Assembly (NCBI GenBank): GCA_050273025.1
Contig: CP158635.1
Location: forward strand, 7,936,001 to 8,000,000
Direction: 5' to 3'
DNA: 64,000 nucleotides
Origin: Cenococcum geophilum
Taxonomy: Eukaryota
This document shows positions 1 through 13,250 of this stretch, in pieces. A program made the translations under genes and the position numbers. Positions within the stretch are counted from its first letter, which is position 1. Each line of letters opens with the position of its first letter. Under the pieces are notes generated by a model that worked only from the letters and a program-made list of their open reading frames with translations, was not told the origin of the DNA and searched no databases.

Positions 1-535
1 TGCGAGTTAGTATTTACTATACTAGTATTATTACCTAATCCTAAGGTAATCGCTGCTATAGACGCCGTTATAGCTGCTACTTTTAGTAGTATATTATTTA
101 ACTTTATTAATACTATAACCTTAGTAGTAAATATATAATAAAGCCTTATAGTAGGAACTACGGTAGACTTATTAATAGGCTAGGTATATAGGTAAATAAG
201 AAGTTAATAATGTAATAATAACTAGTGGAGTAGTTGCCTAACAGAATAACTCTAATTATATTCTAAGATTTACTATAAAGAGAAGAACTATTTAGGTAGG
301 GACTGTGGTCCTTTAAATACATAACCGTACTCCTAAGAAATCCTCCTTATATGTAAGGTATATAAGTTCCTCTTATTCCTCTTATTTAATACGTAGCACG
401 TTATATAACCTTAGTTACCATTCCTTGTTATATAGTTCTATTAGCTCCATTCTAGACCGTGCCTTAATTAAATAACTAGCTGCTTTTAACTCCTCTCCTA
501 GTAGTTATAATATTGTACTTAAAGCGTCTATAATA
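1..535 (-). mobile_element. Ty3/Gypsy family A, 5' LTR (134-535) plus start of gag; runs off the window; nested in Gypsy B
   Basis: 134-535 matches the LTRs at 9672-10095 and 22622-23041. 1-133 matches the leader and gag start at about 9540-9671. Confidence 0.9.
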
Positions 536-2790
536 ACTAGAGTTCTTTCTAGTGCCTATTTATATCTAAGTAGAGTTATACTATATAGGTAATCTCCTAT
601 ACGGTATAACTACTATTAGCAAGTTATAGGGCGCGGGCTTTAGTAAGGGGTAAGGTAGGTAGGCTATAAGTATATATAAATTAGGTATTTATAAATTTAT
701 TAATAGCTTTGTAATTAATTATAGAACGGCTTTTATATTATTTTTTAGCAGTAGTTCCTATTATAGGTAAAACTATCTATTTCTGTCTATTTATTTTTAC
801 TAAGTTATTTATTAAGTAAACCGATATATAGGTTCCTCTGTTATTAGAGCGTCTTAACCTATAACTTAGAGCTAGGACTTAGCGTTTTCCGCTTCCGTAT
901 CTAACTTTAATACTATTACTATATCTTTATCTTATATAGTAGTAGTATATAGCAACATATTTAGTGTTTAGGGTATTAGGTTAGGTATTAGGCAGTAGCT
1001 ACTAAACCTAGCTATTAAGCAGTTTAGGTTATTATAATAGTAGCTTTCTTAATAGTATTTATAGCAGCGTCTTAGTCTCTAGAGTAGCTTACGCTCTTTA
1101 TCTAGAAGTTTTTATAGAAAGGTTAGTATAGAGAGGTTGATATTAGCTTTAGTGGTATTTAAGGTAGTAGGCGTTAGTGGCTTAGTATATATAGGTTTAG
1201 TAGGTCCGGAGGGCTTCTATAAGGAGGTCTTTAGGTAAGGGTTAGTAATAGCAATCTAATTTAGTTATCGTTTAATCTTCTATAGAGCTGCTACTATATT
1301 ATAATTATTATTATAATTATGGCTAGCGGCTGCGTAACTAAGGCAATAAGTGACTTTTTTAAGGAGATCTTTTTAGTCTTTAGTATCGTCTCGGGCGAGA
1401 GCTTTACTATATTTCTAGAATTTAACATAGAACTTACTAAATAATTTAGTAGGACTTATTTTTAGGCCACGTAGTTTAGCTTAGTTAGTGGCTAGTAGGT
1501 TGTAGTTATAGTATATTAGGTTAAGATTGTTAAGGACTTTTTAGTAGGACTACCACTTCTAAGGGCTACTAGTCTCCTATTAGGCGAAGAGTCTATTAAA
1601 TAGTGTACTCTTTATTCGCCTAATAATGTATCTAATTTTAGTATCTTCTATAGGAAAAAGGTAGGCGCTCTAAGTTAGTTTCTTATAGATTTGTATCTTT
1701 TAGTAGCTATATTTCTTACGGTCTCCCTAAAAGATTATAGAATTAAAGTAATACGTATTAGACCCTATAGTGGCAACTTAGGTCTAATTATTATAGCTTT
1801 TATTATTACTGCTTTAGTAGGGGTTCCTATTAAGTGAAGCTACTTAGCGCTAACCCTCTATTAAGCGTTAAGTAGGTAAAGTTACTAGGGGTATAGAGAC
1901 TTAGGTGGCGTTATATACAGTAAAGAGGTATCTAGCGTTATTATAAATATGCTCGTTAAGCTAAGATTATAGGTATTTAATTATACCTTCTTTTTTAGTA
2001 ACTATAGCAATTAGTATAATTTTAGCCTTCTTTAACTATTAAACGTCGCGTTTAGACACGTGGAGGTTATCTTTAGTTTCTTAATATATATTATTAGCGA
2101 GCACCTTATAAGCTTATAAGTCTTAAATAATATCGCAATCTTAGGTAGTACGCATCTTAGCTTATATAAGCTTTAGGTAATAGTTCTATAAAAGGCAGTA
2201 GTATTTATTAGGTTTTTATACTACTATTTTTATAAATATCTCGGCGTCTTATATTTTAATTTTAATAGATAGTAGCCCTTTTATTTGCTTATTTATAGTT
2301 ATATAGGTAATAAAAGATAAGATATTATTAGTGTCTATCTCCTTAGGGGTTAAGGCTAGGGCTAATAAATTAAATTCTTCTAGGATTAATTGGCGTTATA
2401 GGTTAAATATAGGTATTAAATTGTTCTTTAGGTTTAATATAGTAGCTAATAAGGAATATAATTTTACTATTGTAGGTTCCTTAGAAGTATAAAGTAAGGT
2501 AATTTATAGACACGCTGCTTTTAGTAGCGCCTACAGTATTATAAAGACGTAGAATTGGTTATAGGCTAAGTATTAGTAATAAAAAGGCGCAATATAATAT
2601 TATAGGTTGGGGGCAGTGGCTATAGAGCGTATGTATTTAAGGAGTCTATAAGACGTTGCGCGACCAATCGTAAGGGTCAAGGGCGTAAGGAGGTAATATA
2701 CCTACGCGTAGCTAACATAAGCTGTACGTAAGGTGTACGCGAGAGCACGGAGCTCTTCTATAGAGGCCCTAGCGGTAAGGTTTTGTAACA
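536..2790 (-). mobile_element. Ty3/Gypsy family B, partial (5' LTR 2598-2790, gag, protease start), RIP-degraded
   Basis: Reverse complement of 38706 to about 40985. The 193-bp LTR ends ...TGTAACA at 2790. The element is interrupted at 535 by Gypsy A. Confidence 0.9.
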
Positions 2791-3177
2791 AAATACTACT
2801 TTAAAATAAAAGAGAATAAATAGCAGTATATATTAGAATAGAGAGAGACTACCTTTTTAAGGATTATTGCTATAAACCTAGGTATTCCTCTACTTAATTA
2901 TCTTTAAAAGCTCTTTAATTAACTTTAGATAATCCAGTATAGTCTATCCGAATTATATTAGGAGGATTTTAGCCTATATAATTAAGTTATTAGCGCATAT
3001 TAAAGTATTAAGAAATATAACCTTACTCTCTTTAATCCTGCAAATACTTATAAAGGAGTGTATACCTAATTAAGATCTTCTGTTAGCACCGCTTTACGCT
3101 CTTAAGAAGTACAGTAATTTAATACCTAACTCTAACCTACTTTAATCGACCCGCCTAACTAATACGATTATAACTAG
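2791..3177 (+). mobile_element. Outer Copia (GalEa-like) gag fragment
   Basis: Homologous to inner Copia gag at about 24150-24531: diverged up to about 3153, near-identical after it. Ends at the inversion breakpoint TATAACTAG. Confidence 0.8.
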
Positions 3178-6100
3178 TGAAATTTTTTATATAATTTTAA
3201 AAGGTCCTAGTCTAACATAGTTTAACTTCTTACTTAGTTATTAACTCTTAAAATTTTTGTGTAGTAGCTATACTTTATCTCCCTCCTTAAGATCTAGTCC
3301 CTTAGATCTCTTAGCATTATAGTACTTTTTTATTCTTTTTTATACTTTCTTTACTAATTCTATAAGGTTTATATAAAGATTTATTAACGTCTTTATTCTT
3401 TCTTTAGCTATGCTACTTATTTTCTTTACTTACTATAGTAATAACGATATTCTTAGCTTATATCTATAATTTGCCTTAAATAGTAATATGCCTATACCTT
3501 CCTGTAGTGTTATATTATATATAAACTATATAACTAGTAATAGTAATACCTAATTATTCTATGTGTAATTAATATAATGCCTTAGATACTGCTTTAGTGT
3601 CTAATTTAATCTTTCTATTTAACTGTCTGTCTGCGGATAATATACAGTAGAAGTTACTACTTAAACTCCTTGTTCCGCTAAAAATACCTCCTAAAATACT
3701 GCTATAAATCTTAGATCTCTATCCAATATAATCTTACTTAGTGCTGTATATCTTATAAACACTTCTTTAATATAGATTCTAGCAATATCTTTTGCTAATA
3801 TCTCTTTTATATATACTATAAAGTATCCCTACTTCGTAAGCTTATCTACTATTATTAAGATTATGTTATAATCTTATCCGGTAATAGAATCTCTTAACTT
3901 TAGTAACTTAATAATAAAGTCCTATAATATAACCTCCTATAGTCTCTCTAGTATTTTAATAGGTTATAGCCCTCTATATAGCTTATACCTCGTTAATTTA
4001 TTCCTTTAGTAATCTAGATATTCCTTTATAACTTTTCGCGCTAAGCCCTAAATTCTATTAATAATATACTCCTTCTAGAGTCTTAATACTAAGCCCATAG
4101 CCCCATTATATCCTTAAGTTATTCCCTTATAGAAATCCTCCATAAACTATTCTGCTATACTTCTTAGGATATACTTTACTTCTTAATTTTTGTATATATC
4201 TACTTATAGATCTTCTAGCTATGCTTTTAGAATTTTTTATACCTAAAAGCTCTCTAGTAATTTATAAACTCTATTTAACTCCTCTTAAGTTACCATAATT
4301 TTCAGATAATTATATTTAATTAATCCGTCTATATTTTTTCGCAGTAAAGCCCCTAATGGCTTTTTATTATTTTATAGTTTAGCCTTTTAACTTAAAGCAT
4401 CTGCTTATATATTATCCGTTCCCTTAATATACTAAATCTTAAAATAGTATTCTATAAGTATCTCTGCCTATCTAACCTATCTTTAGTTAAGTTCCTTTAT
4501 TATTAGGAATTCTGTTAGGTTCTTATAATCTATCTTAACTATAAATAGTTTCTCTATGCCTTATAAGAATGCTCTCTATTTCTTTAGTGCTATAACTATA
4601 CCTAATAACTCCTTATTATAGATATTATAGTTTAACTCTAGTAGTGTTATTTTTTAACTATAGTATATTACTAGGTGCCATCTATTTTAATATTTCTGTA
4701 TAAAGTATGCCCCTAGTATATAATCTAATATATCTGTTTCTATAACTGTCTCTAGTTCTAGTTAATAGATTTTAAGAACTAGCTCCTAGGTAAATAATTC
4801 TTTAACTCTTTTAAATAACTTTTATTACTCCTCTCCTTATACCTATAATTCTTCTTTCTTCGTTAATCGCGTAAATAGTTTAATATCCTTTAACCATTAC
4901 GTTATAAACCTCCTATAGTAATTGCAAAACCCTAAAAACAATCTCAACTATATAACATTCTTTAGTTCTTACCAATTTACTATAGCCTCAATCTTTTTTA
5001 GATCTATACTAAGTTAGCCTAGTTTAATAATAAATTTAATAAAATTAGTCTTTCTAGTAAAGAACTTGTATTTTTTAATTACTACTAGTATCTATTCCTC
5101 TTATAGTCTCCTTAAGACCCATTTAATATGTTCTTTATATTCTTCCTTAGTTATTAAGTAAATAATAATATTGTTAAAATATGCTATAATAAATTCATCT
5201 AAGTGCTCTTCTAATACATTGTTAATATGCTTCTAGAATATTACTAGTACATTTATAAGCCTAAATTATATAACTAATAGTTTATATAGTCCTTCCTTTA
5301 ACCTAAAGGCTGCCTTTTATTTGTCGCCTTCCTTAATCCTAATCTAATAGTATGCCTATCTCAGATCTATCTTTATAAAGATTTGCGCATTACCTATCCT
5401 ATCTTAGATTTCGCTAATTAAGGGTAAAGAATACCTATCCTTCCTAGTAATACTATTTAACTATCTATAGTTAATGCATAACCTTAGTTTACTATTCTTT
5501 TTTGGTATAAATAGTACTAGATAACCCGCTAATAACTGCGATAGTCTAATATATCCCTTTTATAGGTTTTTCTAGATAAACTCTTTTAATACTCTACCTT
5601 CTTCTTTAGTAAGCTTATAGATTAGAAAAAACCTTAAACTTATTCCTGGTTCTAATTCTATCTTATAGTCCTATGCTGTATATTCTAACAGCTTTTTACT
5701 TTCTAGTAACTATAGTTTCTTGCCATACTTATGGTATTTCTTTAGTACATAACTTAAGCCTTACTTAGTCTCTTTATATATTACTCCAACTTAGTACTAT
5801 ACTAACTTAGTTTACTATTATATCTTATAGCATTAAGTATCTCTAATATTAACCTAACCTATAATCCAATCGATCTTTAGATTGTATTCCTATAATTAAG
5901 GCATTCCTAGTACTGCCTTATTATTTCCTAATGGTAGTATATCAAAAGACATCTCGATTTGTTTCTCTTTAATAGTTAACTAAATAGGTCCTATTTCTAG
6001 ATTAATAATCCCTCCTCTATAGGCTATTAGATCTCCTAAAATCGTAACTAATAGGTAAAGTTGCTCCTTTTTCCTATATAGTAATTCTATTCTTTTAACT

Positions 6101-8432
6101 GCTGCTAGCGAGATATAGTTTTTTATTGCTCCACTATCTATTAATACCTTAAACTGTTAATCTTGCCACTTAACTTATAAATTTAGGTGTTGTTCTTAAA
6201 TTCCTTTAAGGGTCTAAGGCTCTACTACTGGCTCCCTTTAGTCCCATAGGCCTCTACTTTTCCTAACTATTAGCTGCTTAATCCTATTACACTTAGCTCG
6301 CTCTTTAGCTAATACCTAGTTCGCTTTTTATCTTTAATATACTATAGATACGTATTCTCTAGGCATTTCCACCACTATCGTCCGTTTAAGTATTCTTCTA
6401 TAAGGAATCTTCCTGGCTAAAGTATTAAGTCCCCTTAGCCTTATACTTTTACTAGGTGCCAACTATATATATACTTAGCGTTTTAGTATTTCGCCTCGTC
6501 TAATAACTAGTATATCCTCGCTAGGTATTTCCGGTTCTTATTTTTTGGTACTTTATATATATTGCACGCATTATCTATATATGCGATCTATGCTAACGTG
6601 TAATATGCTAGGTATTTTAGGTTAACTCTTAACTTATCTTTATCTTTAAGTTTAAACCTTTCTTGCGTTAATCTAAGCGTTGCGACTTTATTTATAGGTA
6701 CTATAATTTACCTCTCACTTCTCTAGTCCTTTAATTGCTTCTCTAGATCCTTTAACGTTATAATTAAGGCTCCTTTAATATAATTTATGGCCTTCTCTAT
6801 AATCGGGTGGTCTTAGATAACTTTTTTATCTAACTATATATAGAAATCTTCCCACTTATTATTGTGTTGCTGCCTATACCACTTTTAGTATAACCCTTTA
6901 AGCGTATACGGCTTATCCGTAAGGAAGTATCTTCTTATTACTGCGTCGTAATAGCCCTTTATATATCGTTCTTCGAACCTAGTAGAAATCCCTAGATCCT
7001 CTTCGTTTTCTAGTTTAGTAAGCTACTTAGCTCTTAGTGTGCCTGCCCTAGGCCTATTAGTGATTCTTTATACTAGTGCTCTGTCCCTTATACGTCCTAA
7101 TATACTAGATCTTTTATCTAGTTTCTGTTCTTGCTACGAGGTAATTCTTGCTTTAAATTTCTCTATAGTTTCTTTTCTTTCGCGTCTTGCGAGTAGATCC
7201 TTAAAGTCTTCTTACTTCTTAATCTTGGTATTAACATTTTAATCTTTAGGCCGAATACTACGTTTTCCTAGTAAGTTCTTTGGGTCTATGTATTTATCTC
7301 CTAGTCTAGTTGCTGTTTGCACTATAGATTCTCTAATCTATAAAGAAGCCTCTTGCCTCTTATTTGTGGGTGTCCTTATTTATACTCCAAATTCTTAACC
7401 CCTTTAGATTCTTGATCCTAAGCTTGCTTCTATTTTAAGCTTTACTCTAGCCTTAGTCTAACTAGGCTTAGGTATTCTTATCTTGTCTTAAGAGTTTTAA
7501 ATCTTACTTATCTCGTCTTAAGAGTCTTATGCCTGTGGGAAGCTCTATCCCGAGCTTATTTGTATATTTTTAAACTAAGCTACTGCCCTGCTCTATCGGT
7601 TTCTGTCTATTATAGGTCCTTAGGTCTGCCTTATCTTATCTTAAGAATCTTAGTTGTCTCTTATCTTATCTTAAAAATCTTAAGCCTTTAGCCTTTTACC
7701 TTTATTGAGTGCCGACGTAGTTCGTTATCCTACTTCTCTTACGTCTTATAAAGCAATAGATATCGTATCTAATAGGGTCTTAATCCCTACTAATGTTCCC
7801 TATTCTATAGTAGAATCATCCTCTACCTCTAGTATAATATCTCTAAGGTCTGCATGCTCCTAATAAGCTACTTTTGTTACCTTATTGTTACTAAATATTT
7901 CGCCTACATTAAATTTATTATCCTTAATGTCCGATCTGCAAACTAGTTTATTAGTTCCTCTACACTCTGTAGATTTTAGCTCCTATAGCCAATAGCTTAC
8001 GCCGTACTTAGCGTCTTTATAAATTTAGCATGCATTATTATAACAAAACGCGAAACTTCTAATTAAATATTCTTTTATTCCCCGCAGTACACTATTATCC
8101 CTCTATACGTATATATCTTCAACTATTAGTCTAGTTCCCTTTATTATATAGTGACTCTAACTATTTTTATAATCCCTTATAAAATAACCTTGTTTTCTAT
8201 AATTTATATAAGCTCCGTTTTTAAACTATTAACTTTACTATAGAGTCCGCCTAAACGTCTTCTGCTACTAAGATCCCTGGTTTAGCCTCTACTCTTTAGT
8301 CCTATAATTACTAGATCCTTAACCCTTAGGTTTCTATAATTTCTTACTCCATCTCTTATAGGCTTCTTTAGTACCACTTAGGTCTATTAGCTCTGCGCTA
8401 TACTATAGTTTTTAACTTAGCTTTAGTTATTA

Positions 8433-8841
8433 ACGTAGTTTATAAGCGAGCTGGCACCCCAAGCGAGCTGGCACTTCAAAAACTCACCAAAAATTGGAAA
8501 AATCGCACCTTAATATCTCAACAACTACTTAATAATAATTAATGCAAATTTAATAGCGGCCTATTAATGTAATAACTAACTTATATAGGAAGTATTGGAA
8601 ATCTTATATAAGCGGAAGTAGGTTAAATAGAAAAAGTGAGGTGATTTGGCCCCCACTTTCCTATCTAACCTACTTCTGCTTATATAAGATTTCCAATACT
8701 TCCTATATAAGTTAGTTATTACATTAATAGGCCGCTATTAAATTTGCATTAATTATTATTAAGTAGTTGTTGAGATATTAAGGTGCGATTTTTCCAATTT
8801 TTGGTGAGTTTTTGAAGTGCCAGCTCGCTTGTGAACTACGT
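8433..8841. mobile_element. Fold-back MITE of Tc1/mariner Fot1-pogo type
   Basis: Absent from the sister Gypsy A copy (about 21800). TA is duplicated (8431-8432 and 8842-8843). Termini are ACGTAGTT...AACTACGT, with near-perfect inverted arms of about 180 bp and a subterminal AAGCGAGCTGGCAC repeat. Confidence 0.9.
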
Positions 8842-9671
8842 TACGTACTCTACGCCTTATATAACTATAGAACTTTATCCTAGCCTCTCTTAGCCTATTC
8901 CCTTTAGTAGATCCGATTATTAATCTTAATTACTTAATCTATTAACTCCCTTAGGGTGTCCGCATCTTCTATTAGGATAATCGCGTCCTAGACTTTAGCC
9001 TTAAGTCCTTGCTTATACTATACTATAAGCGCCTTATTATTCTACTTTACTTACATCGCTAATATCTGGAACTGCGTTGTATACTTAATTACTAAGGTTT
9101 ATTATATAATATTTTAGAGTTTTCTTTCCGCCATAGTTGTTACCTTTAGGTCTTTAAATATTTATATAAGTCGTTCTATAAACCCTTCCTAGCTTATAAA
9201 TATAAATCGTATATCCTAATTAGTGGTCGTCATTCCGTTCACTTATATTTCCGTAAGGTAAGGCTTAAACCACTTAAGTGCCCTTCCTAATAGGAATAGT
9301 CCCGCATATGCTATTCGATCTATAGGTGTTAGTAGCTTTACCCCTTCTTACGTAACCTTAAAGTGCATTTACGTAAGGAATCCTTTAAGTTTTAATCTCT
9401 CCCCTATATACCTTTTAATTAATAGTAACCTAATCTTTGCTGCTCCTATCCCATTAATCCTATTTTCTAATATTGTATTATTTTCTGTTAACTAGTCGAC
9501 TATCTCTTATAGCTGTCCGACTGTTATAGGTTGCTATAAGTTAATGTTTGCTATACTAGTGTCGTTACCTAATCTTAAAGTAGTTGCCGCCGTTAATGGC
9601 GTTATAGTGGTTGCTTTTAGTGGCATATTATTTAACTTTCTATATTTAATACCGTAACTAGGTAGTAATTA

Positions 9672-10095
9672 TGTAATAGAACCTTATAGTAGGAACTACA
9701 ATAGGCTCGTTAATGGGCTAGGTGTATAGGTAATATAAATTAAAGTTAACAACGTAATAATAACTAGTGGAGTGGTTGCCTAATAGATTAACTCTAATTA
9801 TATTCTAAGAATTACTATAAGGAAGGAACTATCTAGGTAGGGACTAAGGGTCCTTAAATACACAACTGTACTCCTATAAAATCCTTCTTGTACGTAATAT
9901 ACGTGTGCTTTATCTACTCTGTCTTAGATTATATAGATCTTACAGATTATATAGATTACGTTACGTGACCTTAGCTACTATTTCTCGTTATATGGTTCTA
10001 TCGGCTCCATTCTAAACCGTACCTAAATCAACCAACTGGCTTCTTTTGACTCTTCTCCAAGTAGTTATAACATTGTACTTAAAGCGTCCGTAATA
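9672..10095 (-). repeat. Gypsy A copy 1, 5' LTR (424 bp)
   Basis: Reverse complement of 12827-13250. Flanked by AGTTA, the reverse complement of the TSD TAACT. Confidence 0.95.
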
Positions 10096-11798
10096 AGTTA
10101 AGGTATTTAGGCTATTTCTTATTTCTAGTACGTTATTAACCTAGTATATAGCATAGAGACGTTATACCTCCTTTATTACTTTGTGAATAGCCTTAGCTTA
10201 TTATATAATAGAGGGAGATAGTAGAGAATTGTTAGTTATTTAAGGGTAGGCACTAAAGACTAGTAATATAGGTATAAGTCTATCCGGGCTAGCGGAATTA
10301 TTAATAGCTTTAATAGCTATTTATAAGATAAGCTCTTTACTAATGCCCTTTAGTTTTAAAAAAATAATCTTATATACGCGGTGTAATAGTATATAATATT
10401 GCTCTACTTTTCTAATACTATTATATACCTTAACAGGGACTACCTTAACCTTAGTCGCTATTACTTTTACCTATTATTAAAACTCTATAAATAAGAAGTT
10501 CTTTCCTATATTATAAATAATTTAATTAGGGGGTCCTAGGTAGATATTAATCTAGTATAATTAAAGGGTATCCTATATATTCTTAGCTAATATATCCTTT
10601 AAGAAACGTGTGGCTTAAAAGGAGGTTAAGGAGTTAATAACTTAAAGAACTGGCTTACCACTAAGATATATAATATTAATAATAATAAAGAAGTTAAAGT
10701 TATAGTTATTCTTAAGGGTAAACTTAAATCGACTAGGGGACTTCTAGTTTATTTAGTAGTAATAGTAGTACTTTATAAGATGCTTAATTACTTTAAGCTT
10801 AAATTTATAACCTACTTATTAAAGAACCCTAAGTAATTAATAAATAGATAAGTAGCTAAAATAATAGTATAGTTAACGTAACTCTAACTTAGTTAAGTGG
10901 CTTTAAGTAATACTCTTTTCTAGTTAATAAAGGAGTAATTAGGGGTAGCCCTATTTACGCACAACGGGTACCTAATTATTTCCCTAAATAAGTATATATT
11001 TAAGGTTATTAAGCTTAACGCCTAATTTATTTATATCTTTAATATAAAATAAAAACGGAGTATTTATAGGGATAATATGGAAAGTAATATGTCCTAGGGG
11101 GGTTTAGACCCTAATTATACTAAAAGAAATTATAGTACCCTTACTAAAACAAATCGTATATTAGCCTACCGTTAATTAGTCGATCTAAATAGAGCTATTA
11201 AGCTGCTAAAGAGCTTGAACTTAAGGTTCTCCTACTATAAATACTCCTACGGCTCCCGTATCTGGCATAATACTATAAAAGATATTCGCTAAGTTTTTAT
11301 TATTAAAGGAGAACGCAAAGCTCACCTTTAGCTTGTTAAAGATATTTAACTTTGTAATAGAATGGAGCGTAGATTAGTTATTAAGAATAGTAATAGTTTA
11401 TATACTATCTACCTTACTATACTTAGTAAAGTATTAGTTAGGGGAGTGGTCCTTAATTTCTATATCTATAAGGAGCTGTTTAGCCTTATTCACTTATCCT
11501 TAAGATCTTTTACGCCTCTATATTAAACTAGGAAGCTTTAAAAGTAAGCTATAGTAACCTTATAATTTCCGACGTTTCTTATACTCTAGCGAAACTTATT
11601 ATATACCTCTTTTTGCTTATTAAGAGAATGCCTAGTTAACTAGCAATTTGGCTTCTTATAAACGTAGTATTTCTTCTAGTAATTACTTTAAAATAAACCT
11701 CTATAAGGACCTCCATAATTGCCTTATAATTAACATTAATTATACCCTTTACTATATTGCCTACTACGGCCACCATATATTTAATTAGTTTAGTTATA
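10096..11798 (-). mobile_element. Outer Copia gag end, protease and integrase (inverted segment)
   Basis: Near-identical reverse complement of about 24523-26228. Confidence 0.9.
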
Positions 11799-13250
11799 TT
11801 TAAGTTAAACCTACTAGCTAAGATAAAGATCTACCCTATATAGTATATTATAATGCTAGAGCCAGTATACGGGAATATTAAGCCACTGATTTATAAAGTA
11901 GACACGTATAGAGGACAAAAGGAAGATAAATAGTAAGTTTTAAAAATTGTTAGTTATAAGGACGTTAACAATAAAATATAGTACGAGGTTAAGTGGATAG
12001 GCTACACTAAAACTACCTAGGAATTACTAGAGAATTTAAAGAACGCTATAGGAAAGATATAGGAGTATCGAAAGAGATTAGGTTAGGCAGTATTAATAAA
12101 AAAGGATTGCCGAAAAATAAGTCACCTAAGGGGGACTTAAGAAGAGCAGTTACTAAGCTACTTAGATCTATTCCCTTCTTAAATAAAAGAAAATCCGTTC
12201 TTTTATTACCAAGTTCCTATAAACCTTATTTTATAAATTTTTACTCCTTAAAACGGACCTTCTTATAAACCTTTTTAAGACAGATTAACTAAGTGGACGC
12301 TATAAAACGAGACCTAAGGGCCCGTTACTAAGTATTAGTAGCCTCCTATTCTACGTTATAAGAATAGCGTAACTCCGCTAGAGTAATAGATAGTTTATTA
12401 TCTAGCTACGTAGTAGCAGATTAAATATAAGACCCTAAAATAGATTAGCTAAGGAATAAGATAACTATTAAGAGTAATAGGTCGCGTATATTTAGTATTA
12501 GAGATAAAGCGAACGTCATAAGACGAATAAATATTTGCTTTAGTACACTTTAAATAAAAGAACGGTTATTATAAAGATAGACTCGCTAATATAATATAAA
12601 CTAACCCCTCTTTTAAACAATAAGAATATGGAGATGGCATAATCTCACTAAAAGATAATATCGCAGTAATAGTACGAATACGACGAGCAGTTAAAGAGGA
12701 AGAAATTACTTTAGGTATAATAAGTAACAATATTAACTAAATTAATTAGATAGATATTATACCTCTAGTAAATAACTTAGAGATCTTTAAGATCTTTAAG
12801 GACAAAGATAAAAAGGAGGGAGATAGTGTTACGGACGCTTTAAGTACAATATTACGACTACTTAGAGAAGAGTTAGAAGAAGCTAGTTAGTTAATTTAGG
12901 TATAGTCTAAAATAGAGCTAATAGAACTATATAACGAGGAATAGTAGCTAAGGTTATATAACGTAATCTATATAATCTATAGGATTTATATAATCTAAGA
13001 TAGAGTAAATAGAGTATATATATATTATATACAAGAAGGATTTTATAGGAGTACGGTTATATATTTAAGGACCCTTAGTCCCTACCTAGATAGTTCCTTC
13101 CTTATAGTAATTCTTAGAATACAATTAGAGTTAATCTATTAGGCAACCACTCCACTAGTTATTATTACGTTGTTGACTTTAATTTATATTACCTACACAC
13201 CTAGCCTATTAACGAGCCTATCGTAGTTCCTGCTATAAGGTTCCGTTATA
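11790..13250 (+). mobile_element. Gypsy A copy 1, 3' part (chromodomain, PPT, 3' LTR 12827-13250)
   Basis: Chromodomain YEVKWxGYxxTTWE at about 11982-12025. The purine tract AAAAGGAGGGAGATAG precedes TGTTAC. The LTR is followed by the TSD TAACT. Confidence 0.92.
12030..12718 (-). pseudogene. Antisense Zn2Cys6-like/coiled-coil accessory gene of Gypsy A (copy 1), RIP-inactivated
   Basis: Homologous to 15546-16250, with the same Cys spacing and an intron with a GCTAAT branch point and TTTTAG acceptor. The 3' end is approximate. Confidence 0.7.

Larger units (their letters stand above)
3169..10095 (-). mobile_element. Gypsy A copy 1, 5' part (LTR, gag, PR, RT, RNase H, integrase), displaced by an inversion
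   Basis: Colinear with 16466-23041. The ATG is at 9626, a CCHC knuckle at about 8170-8215, and protease LIDSGA at about 6130-6145. The LTR is 9672-10095. Confidence 0.92.

Noticed and set aside
3169..3176. 8-bp hAT-type TSD at the inversion breakpoints
   Set aside because: The motif is native to both parent elements, so it is a microhomology rather than a duplication.
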